Assembly (NCBI GenBank): GCA_024699125.1
Contig: JAILQE010000007.1
Location: 2,236 to 66,235, forward strand
From: Candidatus Saccharimonadota bacterium
GTDB taxonomy: Bacteria > Patescibacteriota > Saccharimonadia > Saccharimonadales > Saccharimonadaceae
Direction of reading: 5' to 3'
Length of the DNA: 64,000 nt
Shown: positions 36,080 through 44,812 of the stretch, one piece after another
How the letters are laid out: each line of letters starts with the position of its first letter
Numbering within the stretch: the first letter of the stretch is position 1
The notes under the pieces: model-generated
What the model saw: the letters and a program-made list of their open reading frames with translations, nothing else
Told to the model about the DNA's origin: nothing
Databases searched by the model: none
Position numbers and translations under genes: made by a program

Positions 36080-38200
36080 ATGAACTTAAAAGAAGAAGAA
36101 CGCCGTGCGCGTCTTTTGAAGATGCGTGCTGAGAGGTTGCCGGACATCAAAAAACAATTTGAAGAGGCACAAAAACGCAATTTTAATTCAAACTTCGCGC
36201 CGGGTGGCAAGGATGCTAAACTCGTGGCAAAACCAGCTAAAAAGACTGCCGCAAAAGCTACCAAGGCCGTAAAAGAAACTGCGAAATCCAAAGCCAAAAG
36301 CGAAGCCGAAGCCCGCAAGGTTAATCTTTCTGTGAGCACTAAAAAAGGCGAGATGGTTCACCACCAGCGCATGCTCAGCCAAGACGTTAACGCGCAAGCT
36401 ACGCAACACATCATCGGTGTGCCAGTAAATAAATCTCGTTACAACGGTTACAATGGCGAACAAGTCACAAACGCCAAGCTCAAATCCGCCCGTCCTGATC
36501 CAGATGCTGTCCGCATTATTCCAATCGGCGGTCTCGGCGAGTTTGGTATCGGTAAAAATATGACCATCATCGAATACAAATCCGAAATGATTGTAATCGA
36601 TATGGGTGTGCTCTTTGCCGGTGAGGATTATCCTGGTGTTAACTACATGATCCCAGATATTAAATATCTTGAAGACAACATGAAAAACGTGAAGGCGATT
36701 TTGTTCACCCACGCCCACCTAGACCACATCGGCGCCTGCCGCCACTTGTTGCCACAATTTAACCCATTGATTCCAATTTATGGCACCGATTTTACGATTG
36801 GCATGATTAAAAAACAAATGTCTGAGCTTGAAGATGTGCCAGATTTAAACTATCAAGTTGTTGATCCGTTTAAACACGAAAAATTCCAGGTCTCCGAACA
36901 TCTTTCCGTTGAGTTTATTCATACTTTGCACTCTATCCCGGGCAACACTGCTATCGTGGTGCGCACACTAAACGGCTTGATTTATCTTTCCGGCGACTGG
37001 CGCCATGAGGAAAATCCAATGGGCCGCCAAACCGACTACGAGCGCATTGACGAAATCGTCAAAAACGAGGGAATCGACCTCATGCTCAACGAGTCTACCA
37101 ACATCGACTCACCGGGCCGCCACCCACACTCCGAATTCGACGTCGGCGACAGCCTCGGCAAAGTGATGGACCACTACGCCAACGGCCGTGTGATTATCTC
37201 TTGTTTCTCGTCGCAGATTTCACGCATTGAATTGATTTTGAAAGAAGCCGCCGCTCGCGGCCGCAAAGTTGCATTCTCTGGTTTCTCGATGATTAACAAC
37301 GTAGAAGTCGCACTCCGCGCTAAGTCCATCAAGGTACCAAAAGACACCATTATGAAGATGGAAGACATCATCAAGTTGCCAGACGAAAAAGTTTGTATCG
37401 TTTGTACCGGTTCTCAGGGCGAGCTTAACGCTGTATTAAACCGCATGGTGACCGGCGCGCACAAGTTCATCAAAATCAAATCTACCGATACTATTGTATT
37501 CTCATCTAACCCAATTCCGGGTAACGAGCCGCATGTGGTTTCGACTGTGGATGGTCTTCTACGCGAAGGCGCCCAGGTGATTCAAAACGGCAAAACCCAC
37601 CTTACCAACATTGGCCCGCTTCACCTTTCTGGTCACGCCTACTACGAAGACCACGTAGATTTTGTCACTCGTCTTCACCCAACCACCTATATGCCATACC
37701 ACGGCGAGTTTTACATGCTTCAACACAACGCCGAGATGGCTGAAAACGTGATTGGTATTCCAAAAGACAACATTTTGATTGCCGATGACGGCGACGTAGT
37801 GGAATTCACCAAAGAGAAAAAGCTCCGCAAAGCCGGCCGTATTCACGTTGGCAACAAGCTTTACGATGATGCCGACCAACCGGTTCACGAAGCCGTGATT
37901 AAAGACCGTATTCATATTTCGCGCGAAGGTATTTTCGTAATCGTCCTCACCTTGAATAAGAAAACTGGCCACCTTCTAAAGACGCCAGACATCGTATCGC
38001 GCGCGTTTATTTATCTCGATAACTCCGAGGAGTTGATTGGCAAGATTCGCCACTACCTCCGCCAAAAGACCGACAAGTCGATTTCTACCGACCCAGAAAT
38101 GAAGGTCTTAAAAGAGGAAATCAAAGAAGATATCACTCATATTCTCTTTGACGCAACTGGCCACACGCCGATCGTGATTCCGGTCATCAACAAAGTCTAA
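36080..38200 (+). CDS. rnj: Ribonuclease J with a ~120-aa Lys/Ala-rich N-terminal extension
   Basis: Metallo-beta-lactamase HAHLDHIG plus beta-CASP and C-terminal domains. N-terminal AKKTAAKATKAVKETAKSKAKSEAEARK. Confidence 0.9.
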   Translation: MNLKEEERRARLLKMRAERLPDIKKQFEEAQKRNFNSNFAPGGKDAKLVAKPAKKTAAKATKAVKETAKSKAKSEAEARKVNLSVSTKKGEMVHHQRMLSQDVNAQATQHIIGVPVNKSRYNGYNGEQVTNAKLKSARPDPDAVRIIPIGGLGEFGIGKNMTIIEYKSEMIVIDMGVLFAGEDYPGVNYMIPDIKYLEDNMKNVKAILFTHAHLDHIGACRHLLPQFNPLIPIYGTDFTIGMIKKQMSELEDVPDLNYQVVDPFKHEKFQVSEHLSVEFIHTLHSIPGNTAIVVRTLNGLIYLSGDWRHEENPMGRQTDYERIDEIVKNEGIDLMLNESTNIDSPGRHPHSEFDVGDSLGKVMDHYANGRVIISCFSSQISRIELILKEAAARGRKVAFSGFSMINNVEVALRAKSIKVPKDTIMKMEDIIKLPDEKVCIVCTGSQGELNAVLNRMVTGAHKFIKIKSTDTIVFSSNPIPGNEPHVVSTVDGLLREGAQVIQNGKTHLTNIGPLHLSGHAYYEDHVDFVTRLHPTTYMPYHGEFYMLQHNAEMAENVIGIPKDNILIADDGDVVEFTKEKKLRKAGRIHVGNKLYDDADQPVHEAVIKDRIHISREGIFVIVLTLNKKTGHLLKTPDIVSRAFIYLDNSEELIGKIRHYLRQKTDKSISTDPEMKVLKEEIKEDITHILFDATGHTPIVIPVINKV

Positions 38201-38246
38201 AAAGCGCCCCCTAGAGGGGCTCTTTTTGTGGTATAATATATTCCGA

Positions 38247-38331
38247 GCCCCGGTGGCGGAATTGGTATACGCGTTCGACTTAAAATCGAATGGAGAAATC
38301 CATATGAGTTCAAGTCTCATCCGGGGCACCA
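38247..38331 (+). tRNA. tRNA-Leu (anticodon TAA)
   Basis: Manual fold: GCCCCGG acceptor, anticodon stem-loop TTCGA-CTTAAAA-TCGAA, long variable arm, T arm TGAG-TTCAAGT-CTCA, ACCA end. TGGTATAAT lies 9 nt upstream. Confidence 0.9.
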
Positions 38332-38451
38332 ACGAAATGGCCTTAAGGGTCATTTTTTGTGTTCCAGAGTGCTTAGTATTGATATATTTTAAGATTATGT
38401 TATAATATGAATACCGGCTTAGGCCGAGTTCTTTTTATAGGAGGCACATGA

Positions 38452-39069
38452 ATGAGTGTTTTCAAGGCAGGCCTTGAGATGTTAGAAGCCGAGAGTATGT
38501 TTATCGATGCGCTTAAATCAGTGAAACTAGTAAACAAAAACGGCGCGATGAGTAGTCTTAGTCTTGTCGAAAATCGTTTAAACGATCATGGAGGATTTTG
38601 TTATTATCTCACGGCTCTTGTACTCATGGCCCTTAGTGAGGGCCATAGAATATGTGGAACTATAGATACTATGCCGCGCCAAGGTTTTCGCCAGACAAAA
38701 GACTATAAACACGCATGGGTTGAGTTTGAGTACGGAGAAAACTGGTATGTTTACGATTCGTTGTACGAACATATCATACCTCGTGAAGAATGGTACGAAA
38801 TGTGTAACCCCCGTCAAATCATCTCGGATCTAACACTAGAGCAGGTTATGAAAAAGTATTTAAGGAAACAATATGCCTGCAAAATAGCTGAGAATATCTG
38901 GGTGTTCAAGTCAGAGAAAGACATTCCTGAGCGGTGTCGCGAAGCGGATAAAGGAGATGGCTTCTTTTTCAATTCTATTCAGAAGGGCTATCTAATGTTT
39001 AATTATTATGATTTTGATAATTCGTATTTTACAAAAACCTTTATCGCCTACGACGGCAGATACTACTAA
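38452..39069 (+). CDS. Hypothetical protein, possibly a transglutaminase-like cysteine peptidase fold
   Basis: GGFCYYLTA ... KHAWVEFEYGENWYVYDS resembles the Cys / His / Asp core of transglutaminase-like proteins. SD AGGAGG. AT-richer than its neighbours by eye. Confidence 0.4.
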   Translation: MSVFKAGLEMLEAESMFIDALKSVKLVNKNGAMSSLSLVENRLNDHGGFCYYLTALVLMALSEGHRICGTIDTMPRQGFRQTKDYKHAWVEFEYGENWYVYDSLYEHIIPREEWYEMCNPRQIISDLTLEQVMKKYLRKQYACKIAENIWVFKSEKDIPERCREADKGDGFFFNSIQKGYLMFNYYDFDNSYFTKTFIAYDGRYY

Positions 39070-39152
39070 CAGACAACGCCCCTCGCTGATAGCGAGGGGT
39101 TTTGCATTGGGGCGAGTGGCAAAGCTCGCTCTTTTTTGTTATACTTAAAAAT

Positions 39153-39674
39153 ATGAGTATTATAGCCATTATCGCCCAAGTCATTAACGGCTTTGGCACA
39201 CTGGTTAATTCGTTTGGTATTGTTTCAAAAGACAAAAGAAAAACCCTATTATTTTTTATCGCTGGTAATATTCTTTGTGCTATCGCCACGGGCTTACTCG
39301 GTGCCGTTGCAGGAACAATCATTCTTGTCGTTTTTGTAATCGAAACCATCATCAATTACTTCTGGGAGAAGAAGCCCGATAAGTATCCAATCTGGCTGAT
39401 TGCACTATACATTATTATCCCATGTACCATTCTAGTCATTACTGCCACGTCCGCTTGGGATATTTTACCGATTGCAGCAGGTATACTATTCCCGCTTGCA
39501 CTAGTGTCTAAAGGGTTTTGGTTACGTCTGCTTAATCTCGCAGCTGTGATGGTTTGGATTCCATACAATTTTTACTTTGGACAATATGTGGGAGCGATTA
39601 GCTGCATAATCTTCTCACTAATTAACGCAACTGCGATTATTAAATATGACATCGTAAAAAAGAAGGTCAAATGA
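39153..39674 (+). CDS. YgjV-family inner membrane protein (paralog 1)
   Basis: Small polytopic protein similar to the 43384 gene. The start was moved to the ATG at 39153, 7 nt after TGTTATACT. Confidence 0.5.
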   Translation: MSIIAIIAQVINGFGTLVNSFGIVSKDKRKTLLFFIAGNILCAIATGLLGAVAGTIILVVFVIETIINYFWEKKPDKYPIWLIALYIIIPCTILVITATSAWDILPIAAGILFPLALVSKGFWLRLLNLAAVMVWIPYNFYFGQYVGAISCIIFSLINATAIIKYDIVKKKVK

Positions 39675-40486
39675 ATATATTTTTTTGTGGCGATGAGGGG
39701 ATTAAGGATGGTCTGGCGATGGCGATTCTGTCGCTAGTAAAACACGTCAAGGAGCCGCTGCATATTTATGTGCTCACAATTAATTATCAAAACTCCAAGC
39801 CGCTAACTAGCAAAACCATAAATACTCTCGACAAAATCGTAAAAGAAGGCGCAAAAACAAGTTTTGTACACATGATTGATGCCACGGAGATTTTTAAACG
39901 CCGTCTTCCAAAGGCCAACATGAAATCATATTTTACGCCGTGCTCGATGCTCAGGCTTTATCTTGATGAAATTCCAGAGCTGCCAAGGGACCGCTTGTTA
40001 TATCTAGACTACGACGTTCTTTGTCGCAAAGACCCATCAGAATTCTACAACATGAATCTAGACGGTATCGAAGCGGCCGGTGTGCTCGACATTTATGGCA
40101 AACATTTTTATCGTTATAACTTCCCGAAAAAAGACTACATGAACTCCGGAGTACTGCTATTCAATATGGCCGAGTGCGAAAAATCGCGCATCTTTCCACG
40201 CGCGGTGGAGCTCTGCGCTAGGCGCCGCATGATGCTAGCCGATCAAGCCGCGTTAAATAAAGTTATCAAAAAACGCAAGTTGATGCCGCGCAAATACAAT
40301 GAGCAGCAAGACAAGCCAAAGAAAGACACTGTATTCCATCATTTTTCCAACAATTTCAAATTCCTGCCGGTTTTTCATGTTCAAAAAGTTAAGCCGCACC
40401 AGGTTGAGAAGGTTCACAAAGTTCTTAAGCTCACCGAATACGATGATATAATTAAAGAGTACGAAAAAATAAAGGAGAATCTTTAA
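39671..40486 (+). CDS. Glycosyltransferase family 8
   Basis: LYLDYDVL (DxD region) and NSGVLLFNM motifs. ATGA overlap with the upstream gene. Confidence 0.75.
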   Translation: MNIFFCGDEGIKDGLAMAILSLVKHVKEPLHIYVLTINYQNSKPLTSKTINTLDKIVKEGAKTSFVHMIDATEIFKRRLPKANMKSYFTPCSMLRLYLDEIPELPRDRLLYLDYDVLCRKDPSEFYNMNLDGIEAAGVLDIYGKHFYRYNFPKKDYMNSGVLLFNMAECEKSRIFPRAVELCARRRMMLADQAALNKVIKKRKLMPRKYNEQQDKPKKDTVFHHFSNNFKFLPVFHVQKVKPHQVEKVHKVLKLTEYDDIIKEYEKIKENL

Positions 40487-41316
40487 TGGCCAAAGCCATG
40501 TTGTTTCAAGGGGATATTCCAGAGTCTGAACGCGTTTTTTATTATGAGTCCGAAAAAGACGACCCAATCAAAACCAAAGAGCAGGAAGAATCTGGTCGTG
40601 TCGAGTTGCCAGAAGGCTATGTTTATGTGCGTAAAAATCCATTCGTAAGACTTTATTCTGCAATTATTTATCGCGGGTTCAAACTTTTCGCTCGCTATTA
40701 CGCGCGCTTTTATCTGCATATGAAAGTTGAAAACCGCAAAGTATTAAAGAAGGTAAAGAAAACTGGCTATGTGATTTACGCCAACCATACCAATCCATTT
40801 CATGATGCGTTTTCGCCGGCTATCATTGCGGATCGCCACATTTACACGATTTCAATCCCGGCTAATCTTTTTATCCCGGGCGTTGGTAAGTTTTTGCCAT
40901 ATCTTGGCATCATGCCACTTGGCTCCACGCCAGAACAAAAAGAGCAATTCCACGCCGCCATTGATTATCGCATCGGCAAACAAAAGAAGTGTCTGGTGAT
41001 TTATCCAGAGGCCCACGTTTGGCCATATGCTACCAAGATTCGCCAGTTCCCACAGGGCGATCGCTCATTCATCTACCCAGTCCGCAATAATGTGCCGGTC
41101 TTCACGATGACCACCACTTATCATAAGTCCAAGAAAAAAGGTCAAGCCCGCCCAGACATGACGGTTTATATTGACGGCCCATTCTATCCAGATCCAAAAC
41201 TAAATGACGACGAAAACCGCGCCAAGTTAGCCAAAAAAGCTTACGATTCTATGGTAAAATATTCTAAGAAGAACAGTTATGAGTATTTTCAATACCGGAA
41301 AAAGTCTACTAAATAG
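40486..41316 (+). CDS. Putative acyltransferase (PlsC/LPLAT-like superfamily)
   Basis: YANHTNPFHD and VIYPEAHVW blocks resemble acyltransferase motifs I and III. The assignment is tentative. Confidence 0.4.
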   Translation: MAKAMLFQGDIPESERVFYYESEKDDPIKTKEQEESGRVELPEGYVYVRKNPFVRLYSAIIYRGFKLFARYYARFYLHMKVENRKVLKKVKKTGYVIYANHTNPFHDAFSPAIIADRHIYTISIPANLFIPGVGKFLPYLGIMPLGSTPEQKEQFHAAIDYRIGKQKKCLVIYPEAHVWPYATKIRQFPQGDRSFIYPVRNNVPVFTMTTTYHKSKKKGQARPDMTVYIDGPFYPDPKLNDDENRAKLAKKAYDSMVKYSKKNSYEYFQYRKKSTK

Positions 41317-42262
41317 AAACGCCAAAGTCGTTCCGATTTTTATTACCATCAACAACGATTTTGTGCCGTATGCGGCTTGTGCGATCGCTTCGCTCACGCG
41401 TCATACTAATCCAAAGCGTCGCTATCGCATTATCATTTTGCATGACGGCATTAGTTTTCGCAATTATTACAAACTTCGCAACCTTGTTACTAGAAACTGT
41501 GAAATCCAGTTCCGCCGCATTACTCACAGCGTATATCTACGCGCGATTATTCGTTATTGTTCAACTCGCACCGGTAGTGGTGATTTCTTCTCATCCGCGG
41601 TTTATTACTATCGCTCATTTATTGCGCGCCTTTTCCCACAATACAACAAAGCAATCTACATCGATAGCGACGTGATTCTGCTCGACGACATCGCCGAACT
41701 TTTCGACAAGGATTTGAAAGGGAATCTCGTGGGCGCTTTGGTTGATCCAAAAGTTGAAATGGTACCAGAGTTCCGCGAATATGTTAACAAGGCCGTGGGT
41801 GTGCCGTACAAAGAATACGTTAACTCTGGCGTGCTACTTCTAGACCTTAAAGGCCTTCGCAAAGAGCACTACCTTTCGCGCATGGTTAACATGATCAATA
41901 AGTACGATGCGGATCTCGTAGCTCCTGACCAAGATTATTTGAACGTGATTTGCCGCGGCAAAATTTTGCATCTCGAACCAAAATGGAATATGCAGCCAGT
42001 ACGCGGCGATTTGCCAGAAGACACCAAGCTTATTCATTTCAACTTGTTTAAAAAGCCGTGGAATTATGACGACGTAGATTGTGAAGACATTTTTTGGGAA
42101 GCAGCTAGGCGCTCCGGTTTCCATAATGAACTTTTGCGCCGCAAAGAAAACTATTCGGTTGAAGACAAGCGTTTGAATGAAGCGCAACTTGAGGCTTTGA
42201 TTAAAAAGGCGGCAACTCTCGCAAAAACCAAAGAACCTCTCATCAAAAACGACGATCTATGA
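41279..42262 (+). CDS. Glycosyltransferase family 8
   Basis: IYIDSDVILLDD and NSGVLLLDL motifs. 38-nt overlap with the upstream gene, so the start is uncertain. Confidence 0.7.
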   Translation: MSIFNTGKSLLNRNAKVVPIFITINNDFVPYAACAIASLTRHTNPKRRYRIIILHDGISFRNYYKLRNLVTRNCEIQFRRITHSVYLRAIIRYCSTRTGSGDFFSSAVYYYRSFIARLFPQYNKAIYIDSDVILLDDIAELFDKDLKGNLVGALVDPKVEMVPEFREYVNKAVGVPYKEYVNSGVLLLDLKGLRKEHYLSRMVNMINKYDADLVAPDQDYLNVICRGKILHLEPKWNMQPVRGDLPEDTKLIHFNLFKKPWNYDDVDCEDIFWEAARRSGFHNELLRRKENYSVEDKRLNEAQLEALIKKAATLAKTKEPLIKNDDL

Positions 42263-42280
42263 TAAAATAAAACAAGGTAC

Positions 42281-42354
42281 GGCACTGTGGCGGAGTGGTT
42301 ACGCAGCGGTCTGCAAAACCGCGTACACCGGTTCAATTCCGGTCGGTGCCTCCA
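42281..42354 (+). tRNA. tRNA-Cys (anticodon GCA)
   Basis: Manual fold: GGCACTG acceptor, anticodon loop CTGCAAA, T arm CCGG-TTCAATT-CCGG, TCCA end. Confidence 0.85.
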
Positions 42355-42381
42355 TTTTTTTATGAAATAAAAAAATGGAGA

Positions 42382-42444
42382 CACCGGGCTTCGCCAACGG
42401 TGCCTCCGTCTCCAAAGAGCACCGGGCTACGCCAACGGGCCTCC
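42382..42444 (+). repeat. Two tandem degenerate copies of the tRNA-Cys T-arm/acceptor 3' half
   Basis: CACCGGGCTTCGCCAACGGTGCCTCC (42382-42407) and CACCGGGCTACGCCAACGGGCCTCC (42420-42444), compared with the tRNA's CACCGGTTCAATTCCGGTCGGTGCCTCC. Confidence 0.7.
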
Positions 42445-42458
42445 AAATTCTTGAAAGT

Positions 42459-42547
42459 GTGCTATAATTAAGTCATAAGAAAAGCGCCTCTAGGAAGCAC
42501 TTTTCTGGTTTGGTATCTAGTTAGTTAAACGACTAACTAGATTTTTT
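42459..42547 (+). ncRNA. Candidate ~73-nt small RNA (promoter + terminator, no ORF)
   Basis: TGCTATAAT (42460-42468). Hairpin TCTAGTTAGT-taaacg-ACTAACTAGA (42516-42541) followed by T6. No start codon in between. Confidence 0.35.
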
Positions 42548-42719
42548 CTTCGGTGCGGATTTACACCTTGGAAGAAGGACGCATAGCAGATTAAACTGTA
42601 TAGTCATCTGTCTCCTTTCCGGCGACCTGGTCACCCTAGAAAGATCGTTTAATGGTCACCTCACACAGCAAAAGCCGCGAGGCTTTCGCGTCGGCCCACT
42701 AAAGCTCCGAAGACCAACC
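42547..42719 (-). ncRNA. Unassigned structured region whose ends pair; weak resemblance to SRP RNA domain IV on the minus strand
   Basis: TCTTCGGTGC (42547-42556) pairs with GCTCCGAAGA (42704-42713). The minus strand reads GACCAGGTCGCCGGAAAGGAGACAGATGAC, compared with E. coli 4.5S ACCAGGUCAGGUCCGGAAGGAAGCAGCCAAGGCAGAUGAC, but it lacks the AGCA side of the symmetric loop. Possible minus-strand promoter TTGTAA / TAGATAAT at 42723-42752. Confidence 0.25.
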
Positions 42720-42782
42720 GCCATTATCTAAACACACGAAAAATCATTTTACAACCCCCTCCACCCCAGTTAAACGCAAGCC

Positions 42783-43343
42783 TTATAGCCGGTTAGCGTA
42801 AGCGGCAACTAAATCGTTGTCATAAAGTGGCTCTGGTAGATTGTTTAAACTGAAAAATTTTAGTTCGGAGCTTTCGGAATTGGTTTTCAAATCTAAATCC
42901 TTTGTATCGACTAATACTAAATACAAATTCGAGTTGTTATAGCAAACGTCGCCGTTTGGATAAACGCGGCGGCGGCCTTGGCCGGACACCACATCAATTA
43001 AAGTTAGGGAATTAGGCAAAACTTTAATGCCAGTTTCTTCAAACAGTTCGCGCGCCGCAGTGTCGCGCAGATCTTCGCCCAGCTCTTGGCAGCCACCCGG
43101 CAAGCACCACTCGCCGTTGTCGGAACGTTTTTCTAGCAAGATTTCACCGTTTTCATTTCGCACAATTACAGAAGAGCCAGTCTGGATAAACGGAATGTGT
43201 GAAATCCTTTCGTCTAGCGCCATCCGAAAAAGTACCGGATAGCCGCCGTAGTTCGCACTTAAGTTTAAAATCTCGTCTTCGCTCGAATTTTTTATAATTT
43301 CCACAAATTCTTCGTGGGAGTAGTCACGCATTTTCTTGTACAT
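42783..43343 (-). CDS. NUDIX hydrolase
   Basis: Nudix box GGCQELGEDLRDTAARELFEETG. Confidence 0.8.
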   Translation of the reverse strand: MYKKMRDYSHEEFVEIIKNSSEDEILNLSANYGGYPVLFRMALDERISHIPFIQTGSSVIVRNENGEILLEKRSDNGEWCLPGGCQELGEDLRDTAARELFEETGIKVLPNSLTLIDVVSGQGRRRVYPNGDVCYNNSNLYLVLVDTKDLDLKTNSESSELKFFSLNNLPEPLYDNDLVAAYANRL

Positions 43344-43383
43344 GCCTTAATTATACTATCTTTTAAAGTGTTATAATGTAATC

Positions 43384-43932
43384 ATGCTAACGCTTATTGC
43401 GCAGGTCGTAAGGGCTATTTCGGCGATTTTTCTAATCATCGCAGACCGCTCCAGCAACCGCAAAACGATGCTAGTTTTTAATGCGATCTACAACCTTCTA
43501 AACGGTGTGCAGTATTTGTTGCTCGGCGCAATTTCCGGCGCCATTAGCTCGTTTATCACGGTGCTTCGTAACGTGATTTTTTATCGCTACAAAAAGCGCG
43601 CGCCGCTCGCAGTGCTGCTCGTATTTTTCATCATCGTGATAGCGATCAACCTTGGCTCGGTAGACTCTTGGATCGCTATGCTGCCGATTCTGTTTGTCGT
43701 AATTTATAGCACCGCGCTCTACATTGGCAACGTTTTTTGGATCAAAATCGCCGTCATTGTAGTGTGCGTTCTCGAAATCATCTACGACTACGTGGTGGGC
43801 GCCTATGTTGGTATGGCGGTTTGCGCTCTCGACATCGTTTTCGTGTCAATCAGTTTCAAAAATCTTAAGAACCCAGCAAGAAAATCTATTTCAAAACCTG
43901 CATCAAAACCACGCCCACGGCGGCGAGGGTAG
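43384..43932 (+). CDS. YgjV-family inner membrane protein (paralog 2)
   Basis: Similar layout to the 39153 gene (…NRKTMLVFNAIYNLLNGVQYLLLGAISGA…). TGTTATAAT lies 6 nt upstream. Confidence 0.5.
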   Translation: MLTLIAQVVRAISAIFLIIADRSSNRKTMLVFNAIYNLLNGVQYLLLGAISGAISSFITVLRNVIFYRYKKRAPLAVLLVFFIIVIAINLGSVDSWIAMLPILFVVIYSTALYIGNVFWIKIAVIVVCVLEIIYDYVVGAYVGMAVCALDIVFVSISFKNLKNPARKSISKPASKPRPRRRG

Positions 43933-44812
43933 TGGCAATCAAACGAATCGACACGGCGCGGCGGTTGATTTTTTCGCGTCCAAAATTCGGCCACAAAATC
44001 GAGAAAATCACGCCAAAGATAAACACGATAATTGGTTTTGCTGTTTTAATAATTGCCGGTGCTAGGGCAATGGATGGCGCCAGGATGAGAGCCGTGAAAT
44101 AGCAGGCGTCGTGGCCAACATAAAGCAAGTGGTCAATTACCATGGTTAGCCAAAACTTTGGGCTGGTATGATTTTTGCGCCACACATGTAACCAGCGCTG
44201 GCGCCATTTTTTCACCGCCACCACCGCCACGATGTCGCCGATACCTTTGCCAATAAACAGATAGAAAAGCATGGTTTCTGGCGAAACGCCGGCACCAAAT
44301 TTGGTCGAGAGCGTGTGTGCAAAAGCGCCCACAGTCACTTGCATAAGCACAAATCCGGCGGTTTTAATGAGATTGCCTTTGCTGCGCCTTTTGGATGACA
44401 AAATGATGAGTAGCGGAGCAGACAGTACGACCAAAAACGCCGCAAGTTGCGCACCGCCAATGTGTTCGCCCAGGATGAAACGGCCAAAAATCAAATAGAA
44501 AAGCGGCGAGAATTGCTCGAGCAAAGTTACGTTGGTCGTATCGTCTTTACTAAGCGCCAAATAATACGGAATAGTGGCAAGCGAAGCGATGAGGCCAGAC
44601 ACTACAAGTAAAACTGCAACCAAAACTGGCGTAGCCTGCACTTCAAACAGTAAGAAAATTAGAAGCGCCGTCAAAAGATAGGCACCACCAAAGAAAACTT
44701 TTTGCGCCTGCGCATGGCGGCCCTTAAAAATCGTATCCGTAATAAAGTTGTCGATAAAGCCATAAAGCGCCGAAAGCACCGTAGCAACACAGGTGAGAAT
44801 TAGCCAAATCAT
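43886..44812 (-). CDS. DMT/EamA-like transporter
   Basis: About 10 TM helices in two similar halves. Confidence 0.55.
   Translation of the reverse strand: MIWLILTCVATVLSALYGFIDNFITDTIFKGRHAQAQKVFFGGAYLLTALLIFLLFEVQATPVLVAVLLVVSGLIASLATIPYYLALSKDDTTNVTLLEQFSPLFYLIFGRFILGEHIGGAQLAAFLVVLSAPLLIILSSKRRSKGNLIKTAGFVLMQVTVGAFAHTLSTKFGAGVSPETMLFYLFIGKGIGDIVAVVAVKKWRQRWLHVWRKNHTSPKFWLTMVIDHLLYVGHDACYFTALILAPSIALAPAIIKTAKPIIVFIFGVIFSILWPNFGREKINRRAVSIRLIATTLAAVGVVLMQVLK

Noticed and set aside
36055-36718. Minus-strand ORFs (94 and 176 aa) over the start of RNase J
   Set aside because: They are antisense shadows of the Lys/Ala-rich and catalytic regions of rnj.
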